Position numbers and translations under genes: made by a program. The notes beneath the pieces were generated by a model. That model did no database searches. It worked only from the letters and a program-made list of their open reading frames with translations, and was not told where the DNA came from. Shown piece by piece: positions 61,515 to 64,000 of a DNA stretch of 64,000 nucleotides (within the stretch, counting starts at the first letter, position 1; every line of letters starts with the position of its first letter). The stretch is from assembly GCA_041697335.1 (NCBI GenBank), contig JBGUGD010000023.1:118515-182514 (forward strand), given 5' to 3'. Origin of the DNA: Vampirovibrionaceae bacterium NZW_1234 (GTDB lineage: Bacteria > Cyanobacteriota > Vampirovibrionia > Vampirovibrionales > JAGQHJ01).

Positions 61515-62127
61515 TTATATTGAGGCACTGAAGTCCAGGCTTTCATAAATAGCGTGGATGGCCGCACTGATGACCAGCAGCGGATGAATATCGGTGATAG
61601 GAATCGTGTCATAGTCAATATCTGTGCCATGCTTCACCGTAATCGCTTTCCCCGGGGACAGGGTGGCTTCGTAATGGCCTTGGAGCCATGATCTGAGCCC
61701 GCGTCGTTTACGGTATTCGCCAATGGGGGGTTAGATTGCCATCCCGCAATTGAAATTCCGGCTTAGGGGTTCGCGCCCAGCTCAAGAGCGGATCCAGTCT
61801 TCCCAGGCGTTCACCCGTGGCCCAGACAATGTCGTAGGCCGCCGAATAGGGTTTTACCAATTGAAGTTCATAGAGGGGCGTTTCGGTTTGTTTGAAGAGG
61901 TAGCCTTTAAAAGGCGGGTTACCTGGATGGTAGTGCACTTCCAAAATCTGATTGCCTTTTTCCCCGGCAGAAACCAGGAAACGTGCGTAGTGGACAGGCC
62001 ATAAATGGTGCTCAATCCAGTAGTGCGTGTGCTGAAAAAGAGATTCCGTTTCAGCAAGGTCGCTCAGAGATACCTGTTTATGGTCGTCCATCATAGGTTC
62101 CATTATACGCCCTAAGTGAGCACTCAA
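61515..62127 (-). pseudogene. Frameshifted gene, possibly LURP-one/scramblase-like fold
   Basis: ORF 61708..62127 continues for 69 stop-free codons in another frame if one C is removed from the C6 run at 61725-61730. Confidence 0.6.
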
Positions 62128-62422
62128 TAGCGCCGCCGTTTTCGATGCCGGGCGTGTTGTTTAGAATGACCATAACTCTCGGGTTTAATCCCGAGACAGT
62201 CACCCCGTAAACAAAAGGCTTCAACGGACATCATCCGGCTTTATAACCAGTTTGGTAGGGCATGGGTTGAGAAACGTTAATAAAGAGGAGCACCTCAATT
62301 TCAATCTCCTGGGCCTATTCTTGTCAGAAATGTAAAGACATTCAACGTATTTCTAAAGCGCCAGGTTCTGATAACGATACTTGAACCAATAAAAATTATA
62401 TCGACGAGATGGAGAGTGATGT

Positions 62423-62707
62423 ATGAGTTCGGACTATATGAACATGTATTTTCAAATGATGATGGCACAAGCTGCCGCTACGGCTGGAAGTGGATCTTCC
62501 ACGACAAGTTCGTCCCCTCCCCCAACAACCACTCCTTCATCCTCGCTCTCCACGACGATGAGTGGGGATACGTATCAATTTAACACCTCCCTGAACATGG
62601 CGGCATCAGTCCCGTCTTATCCCACTATGCCGCATTTTCAATTTATTTCTACAAATCAATCCATACCGAATGTCACGCTCAATAGCGGGTATACTGCTCC
62701 CCATTAG
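62423..62707 (+). pseudogene. S/T-rich ORF interrupted by the IS element
   Basis: GGAG SD; the last five codons and the stop (YTAPH*) lie inside the IS left end from 62690. Confidence 0.55.
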
Positions 62708-62824
62708 GTGAGCCTCAGAAATAAGAGAGTGATATCCTGTAGAAGAAGGATGGTGTGGAAAAGGTGAGGAGCTTGCGACGAGGCTTTTTCACACCATCAG
62801 CGAATGACAAAAGGAGTATCGCCG

Positions 62825-63091
62825 ATGAAACGACGGAGCTGGACATCCCAGCAAAAAGCAGCCATCGTCCTGGAAGGACTTCAGGGCAAGTCTGTGGCAG
62901 ACATTTGCCTGGAATACCAGATTACACAGAGCCAGTATTACCAGTGGCGAGACCAGGTGCTGAGCAATCTTCCTCGCCTGTTTGAGCTAAATCAGACCGG
63001 TAAAGTCGAAGAGCGTCTCAAGCGAGAGAATGCCAGGCTCAAGACCTGTGTTGCCGAGTTGACCCTGGAGGTAAAAAAAAGCGAATGGTAA
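62825..63091 (+). CDS. IS3-family transposase OrfA (HTH)
   Basis: RRSWTSQQKAAIVLE...YYQWR, C-terminal LKRENARLK zipper; AAGGAG SD. Confidence 0.9.
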   Translation: MKRRSWTSQQKAAIVLEGLQGKSVADICLEYQITQSQYYQWRDQVLSNLPRLFELNQTGKVEERLKRENARLKTCVAELTLEVKKSEW

Positions 63092-63855
63092 GCCCAAGAA
63101 ACCCCTCTTTGAAAATTGTCCAGCGCAATCAGGAGCTGGTAGAACGAATCAGACACCTCAAGGCGGAACACCCCTTCTGGGGATACCGGCGTATCTGGGC
63201 GTACTTGTATTACGCTGAGCATCGTCTGGTCAACAAAAAGCGGGTCTATCGCCTGATGAAGGAGCACGGGTTGCTGGTGAACAAAAACACCCGCCTGAGA
63301 GCAGGTCGTACGAATCACAAGCCCAAGCCTCGACCCAATCAACCGAATCAATGGTGGGGTATTGATATGACCAAAGTACTGACCCAGACGGGATGGGTGT
63401 ACATCACGATTGTGCTGGACTGGTTTACCAAGAAGGTCGTTGGTCACCATGTGGGCTCACAAAGCAAGGCCTGTCACTGGTTGGAAGCCTTGGAGCAAGG
63501 TGTTCAGTGTCAATTCCCTAAGGGTGTGCAAGGGCAAGGGCTCAAGTTGATGTCAGACAACGGGTGTCAGCCAACGTCCGGGCTGTTTATCAAAACCTGC
63601 GCTACGCTGGGTATTGAACAGGCTTTTACGGCCTACAACAACCCCAAAGGGAATGCCGATACCGAAAGATTCATGCGGACGATGAAGGAAGAATCCCTGT
63701 GGCTACAAGAATGGCGTGGTCTGGAACATGTGAAAACGGAGGTGACAAAGTGGATTAACGTCTACAATACCCAATATTTACACTCATCACTGGGCTACAA
63801 GACCCCAGCCCATTTTGAACAAATCCATCAAGACACTCTCTTATTTTGCGCTTGA
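63085..63855 (+). CDS. IS3-family transposase OrfB (DDE integrase core)
   Basis: WGYRRI, KRVYRLM, WGIDMT, SDNG, DTERF, HSSLGYKTP. Confidence 0.93.
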   Translation: MVSPRNPSLKIVQRNQELVERIRHLKAEHPFWGYRRIWAYLYYAEHRLVNKKRVYRLMKEHGLLVNKNTRLRAGRTNHKPKPRPNQPNQWWGIDMTKVLTQTGWVYITIVLDWFTKKVVGHHVGSQSKACHWLEALEQGVQCQFPKGVQGQGLKLMSDNGCQPTSGLFIKTCATLGIEQAFTAYNNPKGNADTERFMRTMKEESLWLQEWRGLEHVKTEVTKWINVYNTQYLHSSLGYKTPAHFEQIHQDTLLFCA

Positions 63856-64000
63856 TTTTTGGGGAGCATTACAGGGGCAAGAGGTGGGTATCAAGTTACT
63901 CTCTGGGAAACGTTGTAAACAACTTTGGCATTCATACAACCACTCTCCAGGCGATGGATTAATACTGGGAGTAAGTGGAGTAGTAATAGGCTTAAGAACT

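Larger units (their letters stand above)
62690..63873 (+). mobile_element. IS3-family insertion sequence (1184 bp)
   Basis: Imperfect terminal IRs TATACTGCTCCCCA / TGGGGAGCATTACA, GGG on both flanks, overlapping orfA/orfB with an A8G slippery run at 63073-63081. Confidence 0.88.

Overview
Bacterial chromosomal window of moderate GC. Gene content (efp-accB-accC, tilS-hpt-DUF3326, HtrA, tsaE/tsaB, rplY, murE, Cph1/Rcp1-type signalling) and many orphan proteins with an N-terminal x-F-G/A motif suggest a non-photosynthetic cyanobacterial relative (Vampirovibrionia/Melainabacteria-like); this is inference only. The standout is a compact graspetide (ATP-grasp RiPP) locus at 10.7-13.0 kb: an ATP-grasp ligase followed by two multicore precursors (5x TxKFPSDQE and 6x TMKAPSDDE, microviridin/marinostatin-type cores). 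Both have a non-canonical 18-aa leader (MSxYFxDYAxxxxRNI) and a 27-aa C-terminal tail. A paralogous ligase with no adjacent precursor lies at 2.65-3.58 kb and a stand-alone C39-like peptidase at 17.5 kb. A second candidate RiPP-like pair (3x P[ML]GILP[IV]D peptide + JmjC dioxygenase, 30.7-32.2 kb) has a similar tail. Non-coding oddities are an iteron-like TTACTCA array (3.67-4.0 kb) and four co-varying 27-bp palindromes (47.74-47.91 kb). Also present: an FtsH with an HExxxH motif, a gene frameshifted in a homopolymer, and an IS3-family element truncating a small gene. No rRNA, tRNA or CRISPR array was recognised.
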